From positions 248,001 through 312,000 of the forward strand of contig MU008183.1 in assembly GCA_010909165.1 (NCBI GenBank): 64,000 bases of DNA, written 5' to 3'. Position 1 is the stretch's first letter, and each line of letters starts with the position of its first letter. The notes beneath the pieces were generated by a model. That model saw nothing but the letters and a program-made list of their open reading frames with translations. It made no database searches and had not been told where the DNA came from. Position numbers and translations under genes: made by a program. Shown here one piece after another: positions 48,842 through 62,875 of this stretch. The DNA comes from Anthoceros angustus (taxonomy: Eukaryota; Plantae; Anthocerotophyta).

Positions 48842-50342
48842 ATGGCGTTGGTCCTGGCACGGGTGGTGGGTGCGGATGGTCGCTCATTGTCTGCGTGCTT
48901 GATTCCTGCCGCTTATGTGCACGTGAAGGCCGCTTCTCATGCTAAGTGGGAGGAGAAATGGAGGGCGGTAAGCTCTGTGCATCTGGCTCAAGGCACGCGT
49001 GTTTTGTATCTCTGAGGTTCAGTTAGGATGCTGGTGGGTGTTGGGTGGCTGAGGTGCCTTGGCAATGTGCAGAACTCGTATGGGCACATGGACTCTGATG
49101 CAGTTCGCAAGGTATGAGAATTGCTCTGGACCAGGCAAGGGCAGAGACAGATTCTGTTTTTTTCTTGCCCTCTTCGTGTCTGCAAGAGAAATGTTAGTTA
49201 CTTTTGCTACTCTGGACGTGGTTCTCGTCGGTGATCAACCTACCCGTTGTATTCTGCCCCTTTGCAGCGCCACTCAACCTACGAGAAACGGAAGAGGCGA
49301 GCAGAGGGGAAACGGAAAATTCATCAAGAGTGGCGCTGTCTCGTGGTGCATGTGGACGAGTTAAAAGCGGTATATGTTTGTATAGAATGGTGGTGTGGTG
49401 TTTGTCTTTCTTACACCGCACGGAGTGGCATTTCGAGGATGAAGTGTCGGTCATTTGCTTGGCCATCAGAGGGTGGAGGAAAACCGGCGGATGAATATGA
49501 AACAAGCGCAGAAGACTACATGCGGGAGGTCTCAAAGATTTGAGCGTGACTGGAAACGATTCTGTCATAAAACTAATGGCATGTGTAGCCGTCATTTGCA
49601 GTTGATGGTATCATGGTTCCCGAATGGTATGTAACTCGGGTTTCATTGCAGGGAAACCAAGACAAGCAGAATCAGAGGGTTCGCAGGAAACACAGGCCGA
49701 AGGTGATCCCTTCCCAAGGTCGTCAGCAGGCGCTGATAGTAGTTATTATTATTGGGAACAGGGCAGTTACAGTAGGCATCACAACTCTTGGTCGAGCAGC
49801 TCCTGGGAGTACTATGCCAAACGAGGGCCTTCCTGGACCAGCCATGCTGCTTGGGGCAGTGGAGGAGGCCCACAACAGGATGCCACTGATTTTGAGCAGA
49901 CTATTGGATCGAAAGCAGATAGAGCGGAGCTGGGCCTGCCCTCAACTGGCCCCTTGACGTTACATGGGCTGAAAGAGGCGTAAGCAATGTCTCCTTCCTC
50001 CCATCTCAGGCATGTGCTTGTGCGTCGCTGTTCTACAACTTGATAACTTGTGTGAGCATTGTGGTCACAGGTTCCGTACTTGTGCTTTGAAGTGGCACCC
50101 AGATCGGCACCTTGGGTCTTCCAAGGTACGTCACAGCAAGCCGAGCTGGTTCCCACCTTCCTCTCCTTGCGTGCTGGTCAATAACAGATGGGGACCACTG
50201 CCTGTTTCCACACTTTGTCCTATGTTGACCCCCCTTGGATCCTTGGATGGCGTTTGTTTTCCAGGAATTTGCTGAGTCCAAGTTTAAGCGCGTGGGTGCA
50301 GCTTACAGGGCTTTGCTCCACGACTTGGGACCATCATCTTGA
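48842..50342 (+). CDS. DnaJ (J-domain, HPD) protein with C-terminal J domain, spliced
   Basis: Hand-spliced exons 48842-48967, 49073-49111, 49268-49369, (middle exons uncertain), ..-49979, 50071-50125 and 50265-50342 give ADRAELGLPSTGPLTLHGLKEA-FRTCALKWHPDRHLGSSK-EFAESKFKRVGAAYRAL*, with GT/AG sites in consistent phase. Confidence 0.85.
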
Positions 50343-53300
50343 ACGGCTTTCTAGGATGTTCAGGGATCGTCAATTGCTCATCCTTCCTCTGTTCCAGGTA
50401 CCGTGTCCGGCAGCAGTAGTGCAAAATCGTTCCCGTATATCTTGTCATAAGTAAACTGCGCCCATATTTCTCGTGGTCGTCGGAGCCAGCCAGCTTGTGC
50501 GAACAAGCTCAAGCCAAGGTCGGCCCCGCAGCTGGTGTCATCCTGCTTGCGATGGTGTACACAATCCCTCCACGGGCGAGTGTCAAAACCAGTGGCCTGT
50601 ATTAGGTTGGAAGACCCGTCTTTGTGATGGATGAGGATATCACTGCTTGAAAGCTGAGAGCAAGCAACAGGTTGGTTCCTGAAATGCCAAGAAGCTTCCG
50701 CCCGCACCAGGGCATTTAGATTGTCTGCCTTGGCATCTGTTTCAAGAGGGACATCTGACAGCAGACCAAAGGGATGAGTCAGTCAGCATTTTTTCTGGCA
50801 CTCGGCATGCCATCAAACAGGCCCCGACAGGTCGGAGGGCATGGCTGCTGAAATTTGCGATATCCGGAATCTAATATTCCATATTGGAGGAAGGCACGTG
50901 GTAATTCTGAGTGTTGGGCAGGTACACAACAACAGCGATCCCTCCCAGATGAGATGTAGCGTAATTTGGTTCGCAGTTGCGCGAGAGCGCAGGCCCACCA
51001 GCTGAATTCATTTGAAATGGGTTGCGGAAAAATTCCCTTCAGTACACATGGCCTGGAATACTGCAATGGCCCGCAATCGCGGCTCATTTTGGGGAGCCAC
51101 AGAGCCTTCTCCAGATGCCTTGAGCTCAGTTTAGAACGTCACTGCATACTGGCTTCCCAATCGGAAAGTTGTTGCAAGCAGGCTTGGTGTTTTGAAAGCG
51201 CAGAGTAGACAACAAGCGGGTCACCTCGTTGGAATGCTGACGAAGACAAGCTCCCAGGAGTCCCAGGGTCTCTCGCATGTAGATTGCACTTGGTTTCTGT
51301 CTTGGTGATAATGCAGGAGGCATGACAGGGATGAATGGGATAAGGAAGTGGAAACCCTAACCAGGGCTTGGGCATGACAACGGGGTCCAGGGCTTCTAGA
51401 ATGCCATCAAAAAAGCCCAAATTTGGTACGGGCACGATTCTCAGGCCTGAGCTCCAGAAGACATCAATTCCTGAGCGGATGCGCACCAGTGATTGATCAA
51501 TCCTTGATTCGCCGTCTCCTCTCGTCCTCCCTTCAAGTTCACCACTGACGACAGTGCCGAGCCTCTACATGGCCACTGCCCACTGCTCCAACTGCAGTCC
51601 TGGTATGTGACATGTCCCTGCAAATGATCAAGTGCCGCCACCGCAGGTCATGGACACACCAATCAAACTTTGACGACACTTTGTTACCAAGCCTGAGGAC
51701 GGCAGGTGATACGCACATAATGAGAAGCTGAAAACACCATGAACACCCCCCAATCCACGCCTTGCGCAATCACGCCAAGCGTGCCTGGATCTTACCATCT
51801 CATTAAACCACTCTTCCATTCTGCAGCACTGGCGTCATATGTCAGAGCCCTGGGACTCCGCGCCCTGTGATATCACATCCTGCACCCAGATTCCGCATCC
51901 CGACAGTCACCAGAAGTCGAACCTCCCGTCTGTGGCCAGTGGCCAGGGCTTTTGGACGATACCTGCCACTGCTGACCAGTCCACTGTACACTCCCAGTGG
52001 CAGGGGAAGGCGCAGGTGTCTCTCATTCCCCCCGACGCTCACTCCCACACGCAATGAATGAAGTCAAAGGCCAGTCTCGGCCTCCAAGAGCCTCCACAGC
52101 CTCGTCAGGACCCATCCATCGCCCACGATCCTGCGTCGAGAGAGAGACATAACGGCAACGCATGACTGGAGACGCATGTCGCCATGGCCCATGGCAGAGC
52201 GTATCGGATCATGGGATCCGGAGACGGGCTGCCTGCCATCGCCATCGCCATCGCCATCGCTCACATTCACCACATGCAGTGGATGCAGATGCAAGCGGTC
52301 GGGCAAGCAGAAGCAGACAAAGCATCCTCCCGTCGGCGTCCGTCGTGAAGCCGCATCGCGCAAGGCCCGGCTGCGCGCTGCGCCACACCAGCAGCAACCA
52401 CCTATCATTGCCTGCCATGCCGATTTTCATGTCAGGCCCCGCAAGGTTGAAGGGCAGCGTGCGGGGAGGGCAGGCCCTGCCCTGCCCTGCCCTGTCCTGT
52501 ATTCGCTCATCACGGGATTCCAAATAGCCCCTTGCCCGCCCCGTTTTCACACGCTCCACATGCCTGCCTCTTTTACGCTTTACACTGCGTGGCCCGGCCG
52601 CCCGCTTCGGAGAGCCGGTGTGGAGATATCAAAAAAAAACCAGTGACACGTCCCCAGTCCCCACGCCATCGTGTTCTGCACCTTGTCTGCATACGTACCT
52701 GGATTGTCGCCGCGACCCGCCCAAAATTGGGGAACGGGAGAAGCGGGATGCACCATGGAAGTAGGAGACCATCACCAACGCACGTGACTTCATTTTACCG
52801 CCCACCTCCTACATAGCACTCACTGGTGATGGTCATACCTCCTGCGCGGACGATCGCATTGGCCTCCGGGCTACACAACACATCACACATCAACTAACAA
52901 TGGATCATCTCTCAATCAACTTAACCCTAATCAACTCCACCAAGCTATTCAAATATTTAGGTCTCTTGTACCATGGGAATGGATGCACTCTTGAACCACC
53001 CATTTAGCCGTTGCTGGTTGCTGGGAAGGAGACCCAAGGCATCAATGGAGAACTCGGAAAAGGGAATTCTCTTCATTGTAACATTGAAACAAAGGGTGTT
53101 GTCGAACGCGGTGTACAGGACGGCGACAAGCGCAGGGGGAGGCAGCTTCTTCGACCCGGTGGTAGGTAGGCCTTTTCTCATACCCACCACGAAATTATTC
53201 CAGATTGATTCGTACAGTGGGTAGTTTTACGGTGAGCGATCGCGAGGTTAGTCCCCCTTGCCATGGTGCCCTTGGTTGGGTTGTTCTCTTTTCCTTTTGG

Positions 53301-54889
53301 GGTACATAGATTTTTTTCAATATCTCCAATATCTTCCCAATAAAGAATAATTTAATAATAAAAATAAAACCTGGAGAACGTATGTAGGTATTGATAAGTG
53401 ATGGGTCATTTTCGAGACTCCGTTCGCAAAGCAATGGTTTTGAACCCTAATGGAAGGAGTAGTAGGTGACTTTATGAACAAATCAATAACACTTTTCCCA
53501 AGAACTTCTCATATTTCTTAGACCTTTGTCAAGGTGCCATCTACATGGAACATATGTAGATCTATCCATTTTACTATTTTAAATCCTGTTTTTAATATAT
53601 TATAGATATATAATAACAGTTAGAGATGATATCTCCTCTAGAACCTTGATAATGTATAAGTCACATTGCTCCTTCCAAGATACCAGATTATGGGTACGAT
53701 AAATAATCAAAATCTGATATCTTTTAAAAATCTCTCTTTTTTTTTAATCTGTGGTAGTATATTTTTAACGCTTCCCAAAACGATGCAGAGAGAGATCTAG
53801 CCGGTGGCCACCCACTCTGCACAAAAGGTGAGGTGGGACAAAGTAATAAGGTACCCGCCCTTTAACGGCAACGGCGGTGGGGTCGCCCATTTGTGCACGT
53901 CCCATTTTCCTCAGAGTGAGAGTCGCTGGTTTGGCTTTTAGCGAGGAGGAACCGGAGTACCGAACTGGGTTGAGGTAACCGGGGCTAACTCAGAGGAGGG
54001 GTCAGAGGATGAGGAGCTTCCCGCCACTTGGCAGCAGCCAGTTCGAAAAAGCGCAAGGTTAATAAATGCAGGAAGCGAAAGGAATCATATCCCACTCCAA
54101 CGCCGGTTAGGCAGGGCGCGCCACGTGGCCGGGAGTTGCATTTTCCTCCTCTATTTTTCCTTGTTTTCTTGTGCCATTTTCCCCCAACATTTGGTCCTGC
54201 CTCCGCTTCTGACTCCTGCCTTTCCGCCTCATTCGTTCGTTGAGGCAGGCGCACTGCAGACGCACAGCGAAGAGAGCTGAGGCAGGCGAGAGAAATCGGA
54301 TCACGGCGCCCACGCTCGCCTGTGAATGCAGCATGGCCTCGCTGTGGCGCCTGGATCGGGGTGGAGGCCGGGGTCGGGGTCGGGATCGGCGGCGTCGCTG
54401 CTCCTGGTGATGGAGATGGAGGAGAGCGTGGCACAGGCACAGGCCCAGGCACAGGCGCAGGCTGCATTTGCACCGGCTGTGGCTATGGCGGCACAGGCAG
54501 GAGGAGCAGTGGCTGCTGCAGGACGCAACTCCCTCTCCAGCGTGTGCGGGTCCACGCTTCCCGCCTGCGCACGTCGGGAAGAGACTCCCGCACGTCCTCT
54601 CTCCCTGTTGATGCGGGGCCTTCAACAGGAAGGAACAGGAAGGAAGCAAGCAATGAGGCCAGGCCGAGCAGCACCAGCACCAGCAGCACCAGCACCAGCG
54701 ACAGCAGCATAGGAGCAGGAGAAGGTGCATCTGGTTGCATGCCGTGTGAACGGACTCCATGTCCGCCTGCCGTGGCGGCCCAAGTGCAGGACTTTGCTGC
54801 CGCTGCATCTGTCCTCTCTTGACGCCGCCTAGAGCCTGCGCGCAGGCGGGCTGGCCTTGCCTCCCCTCGCCCGCTTGGCCTCTCGCGCG

Positions 54890-54972
54890 GAGCGGAACGG
54901 AGCGGAGCGGAGCGGAGCCGAGCCGAGCCGATCTCAGCGCTGCTTCCTCCTCCTCCTCCTCCTCCTCCTCCC
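54890..54972. repeat. (GGAGC)n/(CCGAG)n and (TCC)n microsatellites upstream of ARK
   Basis: Directly visible. Confidence 0.9.
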
Positions 54973-55504
54973 GGGGTGTGCTGTGGTGTGATGTTCATGT
55001 GCCAAATCTGGAGTGGCGGGTGGCCGGGTGCGCGGATCTGCTGATTGATGCCGGAGGGCCTCCGCCTGCGTGCGACCTAATTCCCGCGGCATCGAATGCG
55101 TGCGGGTTTGCGCTTGCGTTTGATGCATAGGACGGCGGGAATTGGAGTCCAGGCCGCGGAGATTTGGAACGTGACGTTTCCTGGTTCGGCTGTCTCAGCA
55201 GATTGATAATTGTGGATGTGGAAGAGGTGGCGGGGAATCTGCTGCAAGGGAATTGCTGCAAGGGACCGTGCGGTTTTGTGGAGATCTAGGTGGGAGTTGA
55301 GTGGGAGCAGATGGTGCATCCGTGAGGCGAGGCGGTTAGAAACTAGCTGCCAATTCTATTTTAAACACCGCCGCGCATTTTCTTCAGCTCCGTGGTTGGA
55401 ATGGATGTGCATTTTGTTTACTTCCCATCCTAAATGCGCTGGTTATAGATCTTAGGTTGGAGCTGATTTGGAGGATTAGAAAGCCTTGCCATCCCGAGCT
55501 GCGG

Positions 55505-58500
55505 ATGGCATTCGCATCTGCCGGGAAGAACGGTTCAAACATGGCACCTCGCACAGCTGTCAGAACGGAGAGGCCTATCACTGTCAGCTCCGCTGTGAAG
55601 CCGATCGCCACCACTCCACCGCCTCCCTCGTCGGTTTCCCCTGTCCGGCCCAAGTCGGCATCCCCGTCTCCGTCCTCTGCGGGAAGGCGTACATCGTCTG
55701 GAGGATTCAAGAGCAATGGCAACAATTCTTCCGGAGGTTGGTTTCTCGCTTTCCTAGCCCAACTTTGCACCGGTCCGTCTGTTTTAGTTTGTGACAAGAC
55801 GATGATTCCCAGCAATGTGAGTGCCCCCCACCCCCCCCTCGCTTGAATGCATCTGTTATCTGGTTTGTCGAACTGCGGGGAATTGTCTGAAAGTCGGTCT
55901 CTGCAATGCCCCTCATCGCTTCGAGGCCAAAGCTGTGGATTACTTGGGGCCTTTGCGAGACCTGTGAGGACTACGAGGTAGTGCTCGATTATGGATGTGT
56001 ATGGGGTAACGAGGCGCTCCATGCGGATCTGGTGATTTTCAGAAACAGCTCGTCAGCTTCTGACCAGGATGAGCATGCAATTGTTTCTTGTGGACCACGC
56101 GAGTCCAATTATCTGCCGACATATGATAGCGCAGGTTGTTTGAGCGATCTGAGGGTCCGGTCTGGTCAGACGTAAAAAAAAGCAGTCTCGGCTTGACAAA
56201 CACATCTTGTTTACCATTCGATGGCCTTGAACATGTTGCAGTACCGGGTAGAGTCAGGGTTGCTGTCCGACTTCGGCCCAGGAACCAGGAGGAAATGATG
56301 GCTGATGCGGATTTCGGGGACTGTGTCGAGCTGCAGCCTGAGGTACTGGGCTTTCGGTGGTTTGTGACCTCTGGACCTCTGGAAAGTCGTGGATTGTTCT
56401 CAAGTCTGTATCCCTTGCTTGTTTCTGCAGCTCAAAAGGTTAAAACTTCGAAAAAATAACTGGGACTGTGAGACCTACCAGTTTGATGAAGTCCTTACTG
56501 AGACCGCTTCCCAGAAGCGTGTGTACGAAATTGTAGCAAAGCCGGTTGTTGAGGTGGGTACATCCTGATGCTTTCACCTTCTCGTTTAATTGAGCACCTC
56601 CAGCGTGGTAGCTGTATTTTGGGGACCAAATGACTATCTTAACAGCTGCCGTGACAATATGGTGTGTGTTTCTGGTCGTGCAGAGTGTTTTAGAAGGATA
56701 CAATGGTACTGTGATGGCATATGGACAGACAGGGACGGGTAAAACCTTCACTCTTGGGAAGCTCGGTGAAGAAGACACCTCAGATAGGGGAATCATGGTG
56801 CGAGCTATGGAGGACATACTGGCAAATGTTTCATTCGAGCATGACAGTGTTTCCGTGTCCTATTTACAGGTATCATTACAATGCGGTCACTGAGTCTTGG
56901 CTTTGATAAGCTTGAGTGGTACGCCTGGATGTTTGGGGTAGCATTAGAAGGAGCAATCTGTCAAATACTGTGGATTAGTAGGGTAAGCATGTGGCTAACT
57001 GTTTTGTTATGCCAGCTGTACATGGAATCAGTGCAAGATCTTCTGTCGCCTGAGAAGGATAACATCAACATTGTTGAAGATCCAAAGACCGGGGATGTGT
57101 CCCTGCCTGGAGCGACTCTTATTGAGTTACAAGACCAAAGTTCATTTGTCCGACTCCTACAGGCTGGTGAAAACAATCGTTTTGCGGCAAACACTAAGCT
57201 CAACACTGAGTCATCTCGCAGCCATGCGATTTTGCTTGTGAGTACCTATTTGGATTGGTAGTGATGATTTCCTGATGCGAGCTGTATGAGAAAGTAAATA
57301 TAACCGCAATCTTACTTGTGCTATGTGTGAATTTGTGTGTTATGTAGGTGAACGTGAAAAAGACAATAAAAAATAAACAGGATAGGGAACTTGTTGTGCT
57401 GAATGAGAATGGCGCGACAAATGTGACGGCAAATGGGACTGTCAGTGCTAACGGGAATGCCAATGGAAATGGCATCATGACAACCAAAATATCTCGAACA
57501 CCAAATATTCGCAGGAGTAAACTGCTTATAGTTGACCTTGCAGGGTCAGAAAGGGTTGATAAATCTGGTAGACTCCTTCACCTGCAGTGAATTCGGGATC
57601 GAGATCTGCTGGCATGGATGTCTGCAGTTTCCTTGGAATGGTAGAACTGAAGCTTCTGGGCAATTTATAATGCAGGCAGTGAGGGGCACACTTTAGAAGA
57701 AGCCAAGTCAATCAATCTCTCCCTGACCTCCCTTGGGAAGTGCATTAATGCGCTGGCTGAAAACAGTCCACATGTTCCAATTCGCGATTCAAAGCTGACA
57801 AGATTGTTACGTGATTCATTTGGAGGTAATCTTCTTGTAGGCTTAGTGTGAGCTTCTTGGGACTCGTTGACTAGGGTTGCCTGTTTCAGCAACATTTTTC
57901 TGCCTACAGCTGCAATGGTAGTTTTGCTTCCATGAAACCCAATTTTGCATGTTCAAAATAAGACTTTGGCTGTGGGGGGTCTCAGGAACTGCAAGGACCT
58001 CCCTGATTGTCACTATTGGCCCTTCACCTCGGCACAGAGGGGAAACTGCAAGTACCATCATGTTTGGTCAGAGGGTGCGTATGTGATTTGCACTTGTTTC
58101 AGGGGGCTTTCTACTGTTTGGACCATCACCACGATAACCTCATGTTGAACTTGCTGTTGGTGGCAGGCAATGAAAGTCGAGAACATGGTCAAGCTTAAAG
58201 AGGAATTCGACTATAAAAGTCTCTGCAGGAAGTTAGAGACTGACCTAGATAAGTTGATTGCTGAGCATGAGAGACAAACTAAAGCTATGCTGGATGGCGA
58301 AGAAGACCTGGAGAGAAGACTTGAGGAAGCGTTTTCTCTGAGGATGGAATGTGAAAGCCAGCTCAATGCTGCTCTTGACGTGAGTGCTGTGCCCTTCAAC
58401 TGCATGGTGCTTACTAGAATTTTCCTTATCTTTCAAGTTTTGGCAGCATGGTGTCAAACTTCCTTCCTGATCGCTCGATGCTTGTCACCCAACTTGGTAG

Positions 58501-61044
58501 GCCATGGCAGCGGAAAAGGCAAAACATGAGGAGGAGTTGCTGGAAATAAGTCAAAAGATGGAACAAGAGCTTGCTCAGAGAGAAAGGGGGCAAAAGGAGC
58601 TTAAGGAGATGGCTCAGGACGTCCATCACCAAAGCGAAAAGAAAGAGGTGAGGCTTCATGCACGCAGAATCGCTATGTACAGAGTATTTGATGTGCTGGA
58701 TGTTGAAAGGAGCTACTCAGTTAGCTGACAACAAACGTCCATTTCACTGTAACAGCGGCAACTGGTCGCTGAGAAAGCAAGGCTTCAGAAGGACCTTTCT
58801 GAATGTGTCCAAAACCATCAGAAGGAGCTGGCCGAGGTCACGCAGAAATTAGAATTGGAAAGATCCCTTCGAATCAAGGCAGAAAAGGAGCTCAAGGACT
58901 ATGTTTCTCGTCAAACACTTGAAAAGGAGGTGAGTGTGACGTGATTCTCGGTTAGGTCGAATACGAAGCTGGCACAAACTGGTAGACATCATGCCATTTG
59001 TGCTGACAGTGGACTCATTTTGGCTGCAGTCAAGTGATTCTGATCGCAAACATGAAGCGGATGAGGTTTTGCATCTCAAACGCATGCTGGAGAAGGAATC
59101 CCAGGAACGACAGTTGCATGAACAAGAACTATTGGCGCTGAAGTCTCAGGCGAGGAAACCCACGAATGGTTTCAAAGAGGTACGGTGACCTTTCATCAGC
59201 AAGAATGTGATGGCTTCCTTGAGTAACAGATAACAAGATGAATTTTCGGTGTCTCCATACAGAGTGAAGAAGTTGAGCTCTTGAGGCAAAGACTGGAGGA
59301 AGAGTTGAAACTCAGAGAGAAGCTGGAAGATGAGATTAGGGTCATGAAGGACCAATTATCAAATAGCGAGGAAAGCGATGAGGTGAGTGCCGCACAGATC
59401 CCTTGTCAGCATCAAGCAGCAGTCAAAACAGCTAACTCAGATTAAAAGTGGCAACAGGCACGGAAGGTCATTGACAAAGGAGGCTCTGGGCGAAGCTCAT
59501 TCAATGGGTCAGAGTCCCCTTTGAACCTGAAGACCAATCATACAAGGGACACGATCAATGGGCAGCGGGCCACTATTGCCAAGCTATTTGAGCAAGGTAT
59601 CCATGCACTTTGCATCTAAATAATGCAGGCTGCCATGCTAGCCGCATCTTTTCATTTCAGTTTCTAATTTCTGTGTTGCCTTTTTCTGCTTGCAGTGGGC
59701 TTGCAAAAGATTTTATCACTACTTGAATCTGAGGATGTTGATGTACGCGTGCATGCAGTGAAGGTTGTGGCCAACCTTGCGGCAGAAGGTATGTGCTGGA
59801 GCTTTATTGTCTTTCTTGCATTGCGCCTTCATATTTCAGTAAGTGATTCGTAGTAAGCGAGTCACCATTTTGTCAGTGTCGACTCTGTCTGGAGTTGGGA
59901 ATGGTATATTCATCCAAGTCTGTTGTACTTGATGAGAGTAGAAGCAAATCAAGAGAAGATCGTAGCAGCTGGAGGTCTGGGATCTTTGTTGACGCTTCTT
60001 CAGAGTTCTGAAGATGAAACTATCCGACGTGTTGCCGCTGGCGCTGTTGCAAATTTGGCAATGAATGGTGAGTCCTTCCTAATGTTAATAACGAGCCAGC
60101 TTCAGTTCTTGGAACATGAATTGAGCTGAGGCAGGGCTGAACTTGGGTGTCCTATGTCCTGCAGAAACGAATCAAGAGCTGATAATGGCCCAGGGTGGGA
60201 TTGGCCTTCTGGCCAGGACAGCGGATGATGCGGAAGATCCACAGACTCTCCGCATGGTTGCTGGTGCTATAGCAAATTTGTGTGGAAATGGTGAGCTCCA
60301 TTTTGGAAGAAACAGACATCATGCTTCAAGCGAAGTGTCCAAATTTATTTTCGTTTAAGCCAGAAGTGGCTAACATATTCATAGTTTGATCAATACGTGA
60401 TGCCCTATCATGTTTCTTTGTTGCAGATAAGTTGCAAGTGAAACTGAGGGAAGAAGGTGGAATACGATCTCTTCTTGGGATGGTGAGGTCGAGACATCCA
60501 GATGTTCTTGCGCAAGTAGCACGAGGGATTGCCAACTTTGCAAAATGCGAGTCTCGAGGCGCTGCTCAGGGTATGTTTCCTACCACATCATCCGTGAATG
60601 CAGAGGTAATGATTGAGGGCACTGACATTGTTTCTCGGTGTCAATGTCGCAGGGTTCAAAACTGGAAGGTCTCTACTGATTGACGATGGAGCTTTGCCAT
60701 GGATTGTTGCAAACGCCAACAATGATGCTTCTCCCATCCGTCGCCATATTGAGCTTGCTTTATGCCACTTGGCACAACATGGTAAAATGACTTAGCCCTT
60801 GTTCATGCGAAGGCTCCAGCAGCCTGACCACTCTTTCTCATCAGGTTTCCCCAACCCCGGTGTTTGTGTGCGTTGTGCAGAAGTGAATGCCAAAGATCTG
60901 GTTGCAGGAGGAGCCCTGTGGGAGCTCGTTCGCATCTCTAGAGAGTGCTCTAGGGAGGACATCCGAAATCTCGCTCAGAGAACTCTGAATGCCAGCGGGA
61001 CTTTCCAAATCGAATTGAGGCGACTCCATTTGGTGTACTCATGA
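55505..61044 (+). CDS. ARK: Armadillo repeat-containing kinesin, multi-exon
   Basis: Exon 1 55505-55736, exon 2 56242-56342 ([14 protein letters not shown]), exon 3 56431-56553 ([12 protein letters not shown]). P-loop [27 protein letters not shown], coiled coil, ARM repeats ([33 protein letters not shown]), stop at 61042-61044. Confidence 0.95.
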
Positions 61045-61299
61045 TCCTCGTACTCGTTGCAGTCGGCTAACCTTGGAACGTCAAAGGTGATGTATATCTA
61101 GATACAGGGGGTAGGGCCTTTGACTGGTTACATGTAACATTCTCTCTCCCGTCTTTCGTCTCTTCCTCCTGTAGTGCCCAGCTCTCCGACTGGTCTGCCG
61201 GTAGGACCCGACCGTCGTCTTCCGAATTTAGAGTTTTGCATAGAGAGAGGAAAGTCCAGTAGGTACATCTGGATTGTGATTTTCAACATAGCAACGGAG

Positions 61300-61763
61300 T
61301 TGAGGATATACCCTTCTCTTATGCCGCTCATTCAGATAGAGGCTAGCGGAATGTAAGAAGTTGTTAGGAGGTGGTTTCTCACGTTGTCCTGATCAATCCA
61401 CTTCCAGGTGTGGAATCACGAATAAGATACTTGGTGCATTTGCTGTTCCAGCGTCCCGTCTTCAGTATCTACGGGCAGTATGGCTTTCTAGTCGTGATTG
61501 AGGTGAGTTCCCGTAGCATTCTTGTCGTGGGAGGTGGAAGCGCCTTCCTGCTGCCCTTCGCCGCCATCCCCATGCTCCTGGACGACCGCAAGTTGGTTCA
61601 GGACGTTACCTACGCGCGGGCGTCTCCGCTACGCGAGCGTCAAGCTGAAGGTGCTCTTCACCGGCTGGTAGCGGAAGCGAGGGAAGAAGCAGGACGGCCG
61701 CAGGAGAGCACCCCCCCGGCATCAGCTACACCTCCACCCGCACATTCATGCCTTTTGATATAA
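61300..61763 (+). pseudogene. Possible C-terminal fragment of an ankyrin-PGG paralogue
   Basis: ILVVGGGSAFLLPFAAIPML resembles SIVGGMFLVFFAVIPML at the left edge of the window. The rest is degenerate. Confidence 0.35.
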
Positions 61764-62191
61764 GGGCAATCGAAGGATTTGCCCGCCCAAGACCCAAGAC
61801 AGGCGCCCTCCGGTTCCGGTGTCTATATGGGCTGGTCAGGCTGGACAACACCTAGGTGTACAGGTAAATAAAGGCATAACATTATTTATTTGACAATAAT
61901 CTCATTTAGGCGTCAGGCATCCATACATCTCACTCAACACCAATACACTCCAGCCAACAAATAAAGGCATACTAAAAATGATTAATTATTTTATATCAGT
62001 AGTTGAATCTCATAATCATTGATAAAGATGACTTGGTAGCAAGTTAAGGTCATTATCCTGCTATGTGGGTGCACTAAACTCCCTAGAGTGAGTTCTACCA
62101 TACAAGATCTTTTGTGCTCTGTGATCATAATGGTAATGATAATGGCTTCAAACTTCTAATGCTCTAGCCTAAAAAATGAACACACTGTACG

Positions 62192-62875
62192 AAAGAAATC
62201 CAAAACTATTATTAAATATGAAAAAAAATCTCAAACTGTTCAAAAATATTTCGATTTGGTTGTGGCACGACAAAATTATTTTAGAGTTAAAGTGCATATT
62301 ATAATGTTTAACTTGATGTATGTAAAATTTTATTTATGTATACATTATATATATGTATATTTCAATACATAGGTTAAATTTAAAGGATGATCGGTACGCA
62401 TATTGTGTTATAGATTCCAGATGCATAGTCAGCAAAATTGATCCTAAAATATCCATTTTCACCCCACTTTTCACCCCACGAGTTGCGTAAGATCCACACA
62501 TCCTTATCAAACCCTACTACTAACACAAAGATGAACACCTTTAAAGAAATCCAAAACTATTATTAAATATGAAAAAAATCTCAAACTGTTCAAAAATATT
62601 TCGATTTGGTTGTGGCACGACAAAATTATTTTAGAGTTAAAGTGCATATTATAATGTTTAACTTGATGTATGTAAAATTTTATTTATGTATACATTATAT
62701 ATATGTATATTTCAATACATAGGTTAAATTTAAAGGATGATCGATGCATATTGTGTTATAGATTCCAGATGCATAGTCAGCAAAATTGATCCTAAAATAT
62801 CCATTTTCACCCCACTTTTCACCCCACGAGTTGCGTAAGATCCACACATCCTTATCAAACCCTACTACTAACACA
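62192..62875. repeat. ~335-bp direct duplication (62192-62527 / 62543-62875) covering the protease 3' end
   Basis: Near-identical blocks. The downstream copy carries [29 protein letters not shown] with a small indel near its end. Confidence 0.95.

Noticed and set aside
50380-52060. Minus-strand F-box-like gene
   Set aside because: Only a vague C..EW..MVRS resemblance across broken frames; no coherent gene model.
52973-53224. Kinase C-terminal motif MDALLNHPF
   Set aside because: An isolated short match with no other kinase subdomains.
53230-53760. AT-rich island as plastid matK (NUPT) or L1 relic
   Set aside because: Only weak, frame-broken resemblance to either. It needs BLASTn/tBLASTx to decide.
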